20,308 nucleotides of DNA from Candidatus Bathyarchaeota archaeon (lineage in GTDB: Archaea > Thermoproteota > Bathyarchaeia > 40CM-2-53-6), in NCBI GenBank assembly GCA_963833125.1, contig CAWHWX010000003.1:1-20308 (forward strand), written 5' to 3'. The position numbers were made by a program, and so were the translations under genes. The first letter of the stretch is position 1. Every line of letters begins with the position of its first letter. Below, in pieces: positions 8,647 to 17,084 of this stretch. The notes under the pieces were generated by a model. The model was not told the origin of the DNA, searched no databases, and saw only the letters and a program-made list of their open reading frames with translations.

Positions 8647-9349
8647 ATGCCGGATTTCAGCTTACCAGGCGTTGAACAACGAATTATTGATGACTTGGCG
8701 AGTAAAACCGTTGAAGTGGCTCGTGGCCTGTTTGAGAACCACCTGGTAACGTCAACATTTGGTGTCGTGAGTAACCGAATCCCGAACACCGACTATGCAC
8801 TAATCACTCCGAGCGGGTTCAGCAAACTCATGCTCAATACCCGCCATCTGATCGTCGTAGACCTAGATGCGAAACTTGTTCAAGGAAACTTCAGGCCGTC
8901 TGTAGAAACGGCTATGCATACTTACATACACAGGAACCGACCCGAAATTAGTACGGTGATTCATACGCACTCACCGATGGCCTGCGCTTTTGCAGCCGCT
9001 AATATAGAGATTCCATGTGTCACGGCGGAACAGGCGTTCTACCTTGGAGGCAGGGTGCCGCTGGTAAGGAAATATTCACTTCCAGGTACGACGGAACCTG
9101 CCGAGTTGGCGGCGGTCTTGAAGGCGCTCGAGAGATGTGATGCCGCTCTCCTGAGGAAGCATGGAGTGGTTGTTGTGGGAAGAACTCCCGAAGAAGGGTT
9201 GGAGACCGCAGATAGTGCTCGAGGACGTTGCTAACATGGCCGTCCATTCAATGGTTCTTGCGAAACCCAAGGAGTTCACCAGGAAGGAACTATCCTACTT
9301 GAAAATCTTCAAACGGACGAGGTACGGACAGCATCCTTCCGCAAAATGA
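8647..9349 (+). CDS. Class II aldolase/adducin family protein (fuculose-1-phosphate aldolase-like), one frameshift near 9210
   Basis: ITPSG, PSVETAMH, HTHS and LLRKHG motifs. Removing one base near 9210 gives ...EGLETAIVLEDVANMAVHS...KRTRYGQHPSAK*, joining the two track ORFs. SD-like AGGTGG lies upstream. Confidence 0.87.
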
Positions 9350-9374
9350 CCCTTCCCCTAGGGCATGAGTCAGT

Positions 9375-10937
9375 TTGAGCAAGGACTATCTGGCCGCAAT
9401 AGAGCGCGGGAACCGGAAGCGGCAGGTGCGTAATCTTTGATTCGGAGGGTATCCAAGTCGCCATTGCTTCAAGGGAGTGGGCACATCCTACAATCCCAGG
9501 ATATCCCGGAGCTTTTGTCTTTGAAACCGCTCGAAATTGGGGGCTCATCTGCGAATCAATTCACGAGGCGATTGATCGGGCTAAGATTCGGCCCGATGAA
9601 ATTCGTGGCATAAGCGCGACCAGCATGCGTGAGGGTATGGTGCTCTATGATAAGGCTGGTGGAGAACTCTGGGCATGCCCGAACGTTGATTCACCGCCAA
9701 GAACGAAGTTGCCCAGATGATTAAGAAAGGTCTCGCCAAGAAGATATACTTCAAGGCTGGCGACTGGCTTGCGATTACCTCGCCTCCAAGATTCCTTTGG
9801 ATCAAGAAACACGAACCAGACATCTTCAAGAAAACAGCCCATATGACGATGATAAGCGACTGGATCCTTTATAGGCTGACAGGGAAATTTGCTACCGATC
9901 CTTCGATTGGCTCAAGCTCAAATCTGTTTCAACTTGCAAAAAGAACTTGGTCGGACGAAATCATCGACTGGTGTTCCCTACCTAGAAGTATATTTCCGGA
10001 CGTAAAGGAACCGGGAACAGTGCTAGGAGATGTCACGGCTGAGGCCGCCGCTGAGACAGGTTTCAAACCGGCAACCCCTGTAGTCGTAGGTGGGGGCGAC
10101 ACTCAGCTCGGTCTTATCGGTATATCTGCCGTTCAACCCTATGATTCCGCCACAATTGGCGGAACGTTCTGGCAACAAACGGTTGTCACAGACAAACCGA
10201 TCATAGACCCGAAGATTCGATTGCGCACTCTTTGCCACGCAGTTCAAGGAATGTGGATGACAGAGGGGATAGGGTTCCTTTGTGGATTGACAATGAGATG
10301 GTTTAGGGACGCATTTTGCGAACGAGAAAAGGAAATTGCGGCTCGGGAAGGAGTTGACGCATACTCTTTGCTTGAAAAAGAGGCCGAAAAAGCGGATGCC
10401 GGTTCGAATGGTGTCATCCCAATTTTCTCAGACATAATGAATGCTAGAAGGTGGATTCATGCCTCCCCTTCCTTCGTGCAATTCGACATCAACCGACCCG
10501 AGGCATCTGGCAAGAAAGAATGCGTCAGGGCGATTGAAGAGAGCGCGGCTTATGTGGCGTTAGGCCATCTGCAAATATTGCAAGCTCTCACCCATAGAAA
10601 AATGAAACAAGTTGTATTCTGCGGGGGGGCATCGAAAGGCTTCCTGTGGCCCCAAATATTATCAGACGTATTTGGTATCACGGTCAAGGTTCCCGTAATC
10701 AAGGAATCTACGGCCCTAGGCGCGGCAATTTGCGCGGGGGTGGGCGTCGGGATATTTCGGAACCTGAAAGAGACTGCGAAGAGCATGGTCAAATGGGACC
10801 GGACCTTCGAGCCCAATCAGACCACCCATAGAGAATACGCGAAATTTTACGGCCGATGGTGCAAAGTGTACAAGAAGTCGTTAGGGATGGTTGAAGAAGG
10901 TCTGGTGCAACCGATGTTCAGGGCCGCCGGAACATAG
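9375..10937 (+). CDS. lsrK: Autoinducer-2 kinase (LsrK-like FGGY kinase), about 520 aa, with compensating indels near 9404 (+1) and 9695 (-1)
   Basis: The repaired N-terminus MSKDYLAAIDAGTGSGRCVIFD...YPGAFVFETARNW...SATSMREGMVLYD...WACPNVDSRA, and downstream TMISDW, GGTFWQQ, GLTMRWFRDAFC.REK.IA, GVIPIFSDIM...WIHASPSF, GGASKG.LW.QIL and GLVQPMFRAAG, match E. coli LsrK as I recall it (SMREGIVLY, WACANVDARA, GGTFWQQ, GLTMRWFRDAFCAEEK, GVMPIFSD, WYHAAPSF). Confidence 0.85.
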
Positions 10938-11047
10938 ATCGAAGATCCTAGAATGAAACTCATACGCGAAATTGAAATTGACTTGGGAATACGAAGCGGA
11001 GAATGGCTAAAGAACTAGCCTGCAACTATTGACCTGCTGAGAAAGAG

Positions 11048-12067
11048 ATGGCGACCATAACCGAAGTACAAGAAATACCGCAAAACGACTACGCAAAGTA
11101 CGGCCTAACGAAAGATCTCTTACGTGAAATGCTCAGGAAGATGCTCATCATTAGAAAATTCGAGGAGAAAGTCGAGGAACTATTCATAGTCAAGGGGCTA
11201 TTGATAGGCCCATCGCACCTGTACCTAGGCCAAGAAGCGGTAGCGACAGGCGCAATGATGGCACTTCAGCCCAACGATTTAACGGTAACCACATATCGCG
11301 GCCACGGACACGCACTTGCCAAAGATGTTCCATCCAACCTCTGCATGGCAGAACTTTTTGGAAAATCAACGGGTAACTGCAGGGGACTGGGCGGCTCGAT
11401 GCACGTCGCTATCTATCCTAAGACGGGCTCCATTTACGCTACGGCTATCGTTGGTAGTGGAATACCCATAACTGCAGGGGTTGGGCTGGGCCTCAAGCAA
11501 AGGAAAACGAAGCAGATTGCGGCCACATTCTTCGGCGACGGTGCCTGCAATACTGGCGCGTTCCATGAGGGTGTAAACCTTATCGCCCTTTGGAAGCTAC
11601 CGGTTCTACTATTCTGTGAGAACAATCAGTACGGAATGTCCACCAATGTCAAGATGTCTGTTTCAAGCCCAAGCATCGCTGAGAGAGCCCGCTCCTACGG
11701 AATGGAAACGACGGTTGTCAATGGAAATGATGTTGTAGCGGTATACGCAGCGACCAAATCCGCTGCTGAAAAGGCTCGCAGAGACTCCACCCCAACTTTT
11801 CTTGAATGCTTAACTTACAAGATGAAGGGTCACGGAGTCTATGACAAGGGAGAATATCGTCCCAAGGAAGAAGTCGCGAAATGGCTCGAACACGATCCTA
11901 TTCTTACATTCAAGAAACGGCTCCTAGACCAGAAGATCATGACAAAGGCAGAACTTGAACAACTCGACGCGGCAACACAACAAGAAATCGAGGACTCGGT
12001 TAAATTCGCCATGCAAGGTTCACCTTTACCTTTCGACGAGATCGGAAACTACGTTTACGCAAAGTGA
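11048..12067 (+). CDS. TPP-dependent dehydrogenase E1 alpha subunit (acetoin/pyruvate dehydrogenase, AcoA/PdhA-like)
   Basis: HLYLGQEAVA, YRGHGH, GLGGSMH, FFGDGACN...ENNQY TPP motif, TYKMKGH. Confidence 0.92.
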   Translation: MATITEVQEIPQNDYAKYGLTKDLLREMLRKMLIIRKFEEKVEELFIVKGLLIGPSHLYLGQEAVATGAMMALQPNDLTVTTYRGHGHALAKDVPSNLCMAELFGKSTGNCRGLGGSMHVAIYPKTGSIYATAIVGSGIPITAGVGLGLKQRKTKQIAATFFGDGACNTGAFHEGVNLIALWKLPVLLFCENNQYGMSTNVKMSVSSPSIAERARSYGMETTVVNGNDVVAVYAATKSAAEKARRDSTPTFLECLTYKMKGHGVYDKGEYRPKEEVAKWLEHDPILTFKKRLLDQKIMTKAELEQLDAATQQEIEDSVKFAMQGSPLPFDEIGNYVYAK

Positions 12068-12072
12068 TACCG

Positions 12073-13050
12073 ATGAAAGAACTCACTTATGCTGACGCAC
12101 TCCGTGAAGCGCTGCGCGAAGAAATGATCCGTGATCCGAACGTGATACTTCTCGGGGAAGAAATCGGCGTCTTCAACGGGGTCTACAAGGTTACTAGAGG
12201 TTTGCTCGACGAATTCGGGCCTGAACGTGTTAGGGATACTCCAATATCGGAAGCAGCCATCACTGGGGCGGCAGTGGGTTTGGCCTTGGCTGGCATGAGG
12301 CCCGTAGCCGAAATCATGTACATGGATTTCCTCCCTATATGCATGGATCAGTTGTCTACCCAAGCTGCAAAAATGCGCTTCATGAGTGGAGGCCAACTCC
12401 AGGTACCCATGGTCTTGAGAACCCAATACAGTCTCGGCCGACAACATGGATCACAGCACTCACAATTCACTCCCGCTTGGTTTCTGCAGGCACCCGGATT
12501 GAAGGTAGCTTTGCCCGCTGATCCAAGCGACGCTAAAGGTCTACTGAAGTCAGCAATCCGAGATCCCAACCCAGTCCTCTTCGTAGAGAGCGGCTTACTC
12601 TACCGAACCAAAGGACCAGTACCTGAAGAAGAATACCTAACTCCTCTCGGACAAGCAGCCGTGAAGAAGAAGGGGGACGATGTCACAATTGTGGGAGTTT
12701 CAAGAATGGTTAATGAATCTCTCGCAGCCGCGAGAAAACTTGAAGACAATGGCGTCTCAGCTGAAGTCATAGATGTGAGAACAATCCAACCGCTCGACCT
12801 TGATACAATCATCGAGTCAGTTAAGCGAACTTCCAGGCTGGTTATCGCATCCGATGATGTAAAGAGAGGTGGCGTGGGAGCCGAGATCTCAGCTTCAATC
12901 ACAGAGACAGCCTTCGATTACTTAGACGCACCAATTGCAAGAGTCGCATGCCCGGACATGCCAATTCCATTCTCCCCATCCCTCGAGCAGCAGTATATGC
13001 CGAACGCGGCGAGCGTTGTTCAAGCCGTCCAAACAATACTGGGCAAGTGA
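12073..13050 (+). CDS. TPP-dependent dehydrogenase E1 beta subunit (AcoB/PdhB-like)
   Basis: LGEEIG, RVRDTPISE, RPVAEIMYMDF, QHSQ, DAKGLLKSAIRDPNPVLF, YLDAPIARV. ATG 12073 follows an SD-like GTGAT overlapping the E1 alpha stop; GTG 12064 is the alternative. Confidence 0.92.
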   Translation: MKELTYADALREALREEMIRDPNVILLGEEIGVFNGVYKVTRGLLDEFGPERVRDTPISEAAITGAAVGLALAGMRPVAEIMYMDFLPICMDQLSTQAAKMRFMSGGQLQVPMVLRTQYSLGRQHGSQHSQFTPAWFLQAPGLKVALPADPSDAKGLLKSAIRDPNPVLFVESGLLYRTKGPVPEEEYLTPLGQAAVKKKGDDVTIVGVSRMVNESLAAARKLEDNGVSAEVIDVRTIQPLDLDTIIESVKRTSRLVIASDDVKRGGVGAEISASITETAFDYLDAPIARVACPDMPIPFSPSLEQQYMPNAASVVQAVQTILGK

Positions 13051-13056
13051 TTCGTC

Positions 13057-14220
13057 TTGACGCAAGTTATGATGCCCCGTCTCGATCCTGGGATGCAATC
13101 GGGCAAGATAGTTGAATGGCTGAAGAAGGAGGGCGAGTTGGTTAGAAAGGGGGAGCCTATACTCGTCGTAGAAGGAGAGAAGACTACATTCGAAGTTGAA
13201 GCTCCAGATAGTGGCCCTTTAACCAAGATTCTAGCGAGCATCGGGACAGATGTCCAAGTTGCCGAACCAATTGCAATCATCGGAGAAGCCGGATCGGCAA
13301 CACCCCAATCAGTGCCAAACGAGAAAACTGAGCAAGAGCGACCACAGCAACCTTCGACTATCCCTGCCTCCGGAACTCTGTCGGATCGGGTAATTGCATC
13401 TCCCGCAGCACGGCGTTTAGCCCAAGAATACGGCCTCAACCTAACCTCCCTAAAGGGAACTGGCCCAGGTGGCCGAATAACTCGAGAAGATATCCTCACC
13501 GCAAAACAAAACACACCAGCATCGCAGTCTACATTAATCCTCTCAAAGATGCCTCAACCCGCCGTTCTAAAGAGAACGAAACTCGCCGGGATCAGAAAGG
13601 TTGTAGCGGAAAGGCTCTCGTTTAGTGCACGAACAGTTGTCCCGGTTACAATCACCATCGAAGCAGACGCCACGAAATTATTGGCGATGAAAGAACAGAG
13701 CCACGTTGGGTTCTCAGCTTTCGGAGTAAAAGCAGCTGCAAAAGCATTAGGTGACCACAATGATGTTAACTCAACAATAGAAGGCGACGAAGTTACAAAT
13801 TACTCTGACGTCAACGTCGCCGTAGCCATACACACCGAACAAGGCCTAGTTGCACCTGTAATCAGGAATGCAAACAAACTATCACTGAAGGAGATTAGCT
13901 CAACGATTGAAGAACTTGCCAAGAAGGCGGCTGAAAATCGGTTAACGATTGAGAACTTGACTGGCGGCACATTCACGGTAACAAACCTCGGCGCATTCGA
14001 CGTCGAATCATTTGCACCCGTCATAAACCCTCCCCAGTGCGCAATTCTTGGACTCGGCCGAATCGCTTACAAACCATTCGCCAACGGTAGTCAGGTATCC
14101 GCGCGACCATCGACCCTCCTAACACTAGTTTTCGATCATCGAATTATCGACGGAGTCCCGGCAGCTAAGTTCCTCAGAGACGTAAAACGTAATCTTGAGG
14201 AACCGGAAGGCCTGCTCTAA
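13057..14220 (+). CDS. Dihydrolipoamide acyltransferase E2 (AcoC/PdhC-like)
   Basis: Single lipoyl domain (VEGEKTTFEVEAP, Lys retained), subunit-binding domain (ASPAARRLA...GTGPGGRITREDI), catalytic GGTFTVTNLG, PVINPPQ and FDHRIIDG. Confidence 0.92.
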   Translation: MTQVMMPRLDPGMQSGKIVEWLKKEGELVRKGEPILVVEGEKTTFEVEAPDSGPLTKILASIGTDVQVAEPIAIIGEAGSATPQSVPNEKTEQERPQQPSTIPASGTLSDRVIASPAARRLAQEYGLNLTSLKGTGPGGRITREDILTAKQNTPASQSTLILSKMPQPAVLKRTKLAGIRKVVAERLSFSARTVVPVTITIEADATKLLAMKEQSHVGFSAFGVKAAAKALGDHNDVNSTIEGDEVTNYSDVNVAVAIHTEQGLVAPVIRNANKLSLKEISSTIEELAKKAAENRLTIENLTGGTFTVTNLGAFDVESFAPVINPPQCAILGLGRIAYKPFANGSQVSARPSTLLTLVFDHRIIDGVPAAKFLRDVKRNLEEPEGLL

Positions 14221-14260
14221 CGCCAACCTTCGATCGACGGAATATCGAGTATCTAGTAGC

Positions 14261-15322
14261 CTACTTTGTTGGCGGACGCAGGGCTATCTTTAACGCTTTT
14301 CCGCTTCCCATCAGCTGAAGAGCTTCCTCAGCCCGTTCAAGTGGCATCTCGTGGGAGATTAGGGGTTTTATGGATACCCGCCCTGACACGATCAACCGGA
14401 AGGCGCGTTCAACTGATGAAGGTGTATGGTGGAACGATCCTTGAACGTGCAATTCCCCATAGTGTATCTTCTCCGCCTCGAACGAAGCCAGAGTCCCGGA
14501 CGGGCATCCGCCGAAGAGAAGGACCGTCCCACCCTTCCTAGCTAAACCCGGAGCCGCGTCCCAAGTTTCACGCCTACCGACCGCTTCCACGACCATATCA
14601 GCCCCCCTGCCATCAGTTAGCTCACGAACCCTCGCTAGAAGATTCTCATTTGAGGAGTTTATCGTTACATCCACTCCAACTCCCTCAGCCTCCTTCAACC
14701 GATCTTCCACTACATCACACAAAACCACCTGACGTGCACCGTTAAGGCGCGCGAGTTGGGCATGTAACAGGCCGATTGGGCCGCCACCGATGATCACGGT
14801 TGTTCCTCCGGCAGGTAGATCCTTAGCCAAATCCCATCCGTGAACAACACATGCCAAAGGTTCTAGACTGGCTACAGTCTCGAGTGGCACGCCTTCCGGC
14901 ACCTGAAATGTATTTTGCCGAACTATTCTTTCCGGAACCCGAACATATTCAGCGTATGTACCTGGCCAAGTGAACCCAATTATGCTCTCATTCAAACGTT
15001 CGCACAGATTCGGTTGGTGCAAGAGGCAGTAGAAGCATCGATTGCAAGGAGCTGAGTTCGCAGCAACCACCTTCATCCCGACGCTAAATTTTGTGACATC
15101 TTTTCCGATGGCTGACACGGTTCCGGCGAATTCGTGTCCCATTATTTGGGGCGGTTTTGCGAGTTGGTGCCCCCGCTTGTACATCTTAACATCTGTGCCG
15201 CATGTCAAGGCGACGGCGCTCTTCACAATCAATTCTCCTGGTTCAGGTTCAGGGATAGCGACCTGCTCCGCTCTGAGATTGCCAGGTTCGTAGAACCTAA
15301 CTGCAAGCATTGTATTTGCCAT
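14261..15322 (-). CDS. Zinc-dependent medium-chain dehydrogenase (L-iditol/sorbitol dehydrogenase-like)
   Basis: CGTDVK, GHE, structural Zn motif CNRCFYC-x7-C, EPLAC, GGGPIG. ATG 15322 has an upstream GGAGGTTAGGAG SD-like sequence. Confidence 0.9.
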   Translation of the reverse strand: MANTMLAVRFYEPGNLRAEQVAIPEPEPGELIVKSAVALTCGTDVKMYKRGHQLAKPPQIMGHEFAGTVSAIGKDVTKFSVGMKVVAANSAPCNRCFYCLLHQPNLCERLNESIIGFTWPGTYAEYVRVPERIVRQNTFQVPEGVPLETVASLEPLACVVHGWDLAKDLPAGGTTVIIGGGPIGLLHAQLARLNGARQVVLCDVVEDRLKEAEGVGVDVTINSSNENLLARVRELTDGRGADMVVEAVGRRETWDAAPGLARKGGTVLLFGGCPSGTLASFEAEKIHYGELHVQGSFHHTPSSVERAFRLIVSGRVSIKPLISHEMPLERAEEALQLMGSGKALKIALRPPTK

Positions 15323-15392
15323 GAATGGACTCCTAACCTCCACTGGTCAGACGATATTTAGCTCCGCTGCACCCGACCGAGCTTCGCACTTC

Positions 15393-16421
15393 TCATTCGT
15401 TTTCAACCATTATCTTACCCGCATCTCCAGCACTCCCAGCGAGCCAAAGCGCATCTATTGTTCGAGAGAGCGGGAATCTGTCGGTAATGATCGCTGAGGG
15501 TCTAACTCGTTTACTCTCGATCAGTTGCATTGCCACTCCCATTTCAGTTTCGGACGTGGAGTAGCTCGATTGAAAGCGTACCTCTCGGAGAAACATTTTA
15601 CCCATATCCAGTGACATGGTCGCGCCTCGTGTTGGTGCGCCGAACAGAAGAACCGTCCCTCCTTTTCGAACCGTGGCAAAAGCGGATTCGAGCGCTTTCA
15701 AATTGGCGGTCGCAACAATCGCGTAATCAACCCCGAGACCTCCGGTCAACAGAGAAATTGCCTTAGGGACGTCGTCGGTTGTTGGATCAAATGATAAATC
15801 CGCGCCCAACTTAGTGGCGAGATTTCTACGCAGCTTGATTACATCCACGGCATATATCGGCTCGACTCCGAGACATCTCAGGAGCTGTACGTGTGTCAGA
15901 CCAACTGGACCCACACCATAAATCGCGACACTGTTACCCACGGAAACGCCGACCTTACGGAGTGCTCGGATGCAACACGCAGTGGGCTCTGCCTGTGAGC
16001 CTTCCTCGAAACTCACAGACTCAGGCAGCTTGTACACCGCTCCCCCGTTCACTAGCGTCTTTGGAACCCTGAAATATTCCGAGAATCCGCATGGGTCAAG
16101 GTTGCTTTTCGGGTATTCTTCGCAAAGCGTTTCGAGGCCATTCTTACAAAAATGGCAATGGCCGCACGAAACATGATGATGTACGACGACTCGGTCGCCG
16201 ACAGCAAAGTCTTTGATCTGTGTTCCGGCCTTGTGAATTACTCCAGACACTTCATGTCCAAGGATGGGTGGAGTAATGTGTTCGCCACGAACCTTCTCCA
16301 CATCAGTCCCGCAGATCCCGCACGCTCGCATTGCAACGAGAATCTCGTCGGAATTAATCTCAGGCGTGGGGAGGTTCTGCATTTGAACCGTTCCATTGTT
16401 TTGGATGATTGTGGCTTGCAC
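15393..16421 (-). CDS. Zinc-dependent medium-chain dehydrogenase (L-iditol/sorbitol dehydrogenase-like), second of a tandem pair
   Basis: CGICGTDVEK, LGHE, HHHVSCGHCHFC-x7-C, AEPTACC, GVGPVG, FQSSYST. Confidence 0.9.
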   Translation of the reverse strand: MQATIIQNNGTVQMQNLPTPEINSDEILVAMRACGICGTDVEKVRGEHITPPILGHEVSGVIHKAGTQIKDFAVGDRVVVHHHVSCGHCHFCKNGLETLCEEYPKSNLDPCGFSEYFRVPKTLVNGGAVYKLPESVSFEEGSQAEPTACCIRALRKVGVSVGNSVAIYGVGPVGLTHVQLLRCLGVEPIYAVDVIKLRRNLATKLGADLSFDPTTDDVPKAISLLTGGLGVDYAIVATANLKALESAFATVRKGGTVLLFGAPTRGATMSLDMGKMFLREVRFQSSYSTSETEMGVAMQLIESKRVRPSAIITDRFPLSRTIDALWLAGSAGDAGKIMVENE

Positions 16422-16579
16422 CGTTTAACCCTACCAAACAAGTTCAAGATTCTAGGACCGAGTCTTATGAAGTAGGGACATATTTCAGAGAGTCGATTAA
16501 CGATTACCGGTATTGAGTGGCAGTCCTAGTTCCACAAGATTCAAGGGTTAGAGGAACAGGTTGCCGAACTCGTTGCCTC

Positions 16580-16672
16580 GGGCTCGTGGTCCAGCCTGGT
16601 TAAGACGTCGCCCTCACATCTCCAAGGTGAGACCGGCGAAGATCCCCGGTTCAAATCCGGGCGGGCCCACCA
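16580..16672 (+). tRNA. tRNA-Val: tRNA-Val(CAC) with a 15-nt intron at canonical position 37/38 (16619-16633); CCA encoded
   Basis: Acceptor GGGCTCG/CGGGCCC plus A-CCA; D-arm region GTCCAGCCTGGTTAAGAC; anticodon stem TCGCC/GGCGA with CT-CAC-A; T-arm CCCGG-TTCAAAT-CCGGG; BHB central helix CTCA/TGAG flanked by 3-nt bulges CAT and ACC. Confidence 0.95.
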
Positions 16673-16782
16673 CTCCAACATTTCAACAAGCCCGCACACT
16701 TCGTATTGTGCTCGACCGTTCGGGTAGTCTCTAAATATGAGCAGGTTATGAAGCACGAGTAACCGATCAAGGGGTAAAGCTG

Positions 16783-17059
16783 TTGAAGTCTAACATGAAA
16801 ATGCTAGTTTACGCCGTTGTGGCGGGCGTTGTAATCACTCTGTTAACTGGCCTAATTGGTAACACCCCTGAAATCGGGGGTCAACCGTTGATGGGGGCTG
16901 TTTATTTCGGGTATCCATTCGTGGTTGGAGATGCTTGTGGTGGCTCCTCAGTATTTCCCGTGGGTCCTCCGTCCCTTGCGATTGATCCTTGATATCGTCG
17001 TCTGGACGGTTGTAGTCTGGGTTATCCTCTTCGTCGTGTCGAAGGCTAAGAAGAAGTAA
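16783..17059 (+). CDS. Small two-TM membrane protein of unknown function, frameshift near 16921
   Basis: TM1 MLVYAVVAGVVITLLTGLI, then YFGYPF. A frame change gives WLEMLVVAPQYFPWVLRPLRLILDIVVWTVVVWVILFVVSKAKKK*, a second TM with a basic tail. Confidence 0.7.
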
Positions 17060-17084
17060 CCGTCTGCTATGGGTTCCTTGCAGT

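Noticed and set aside
9404-9695. Programmed double frameshifting in lsrK
   Set aside because: There are no slippery heptamers at the sites, and similar indels occur throughout the window.
11005-11020. GGCTA-N6-TAGCC inverted repeat between lsrK and E1 alpha (similar 5-bp repeat at 14230-14248)
   Set aside because: Five-bp stems are too weak to distinguish from chance.
5847-14270. Exact 14-bp repeat TAGCCTACTTTGTT at 5847-5860 and 14257-14270, bracketing the central gene block
   Set aside because: Roughly one 14-mer match is expected by chance in 20 kb, the second copy overlaps a stop codon, and no transposase or integrase is present.
16541-16756. 71-aa minus-strand ORF
   Set aside because: It is the antisense shadow of the tRNA gene (WWARPDLNRG is the typical reverse-tRNA translation).
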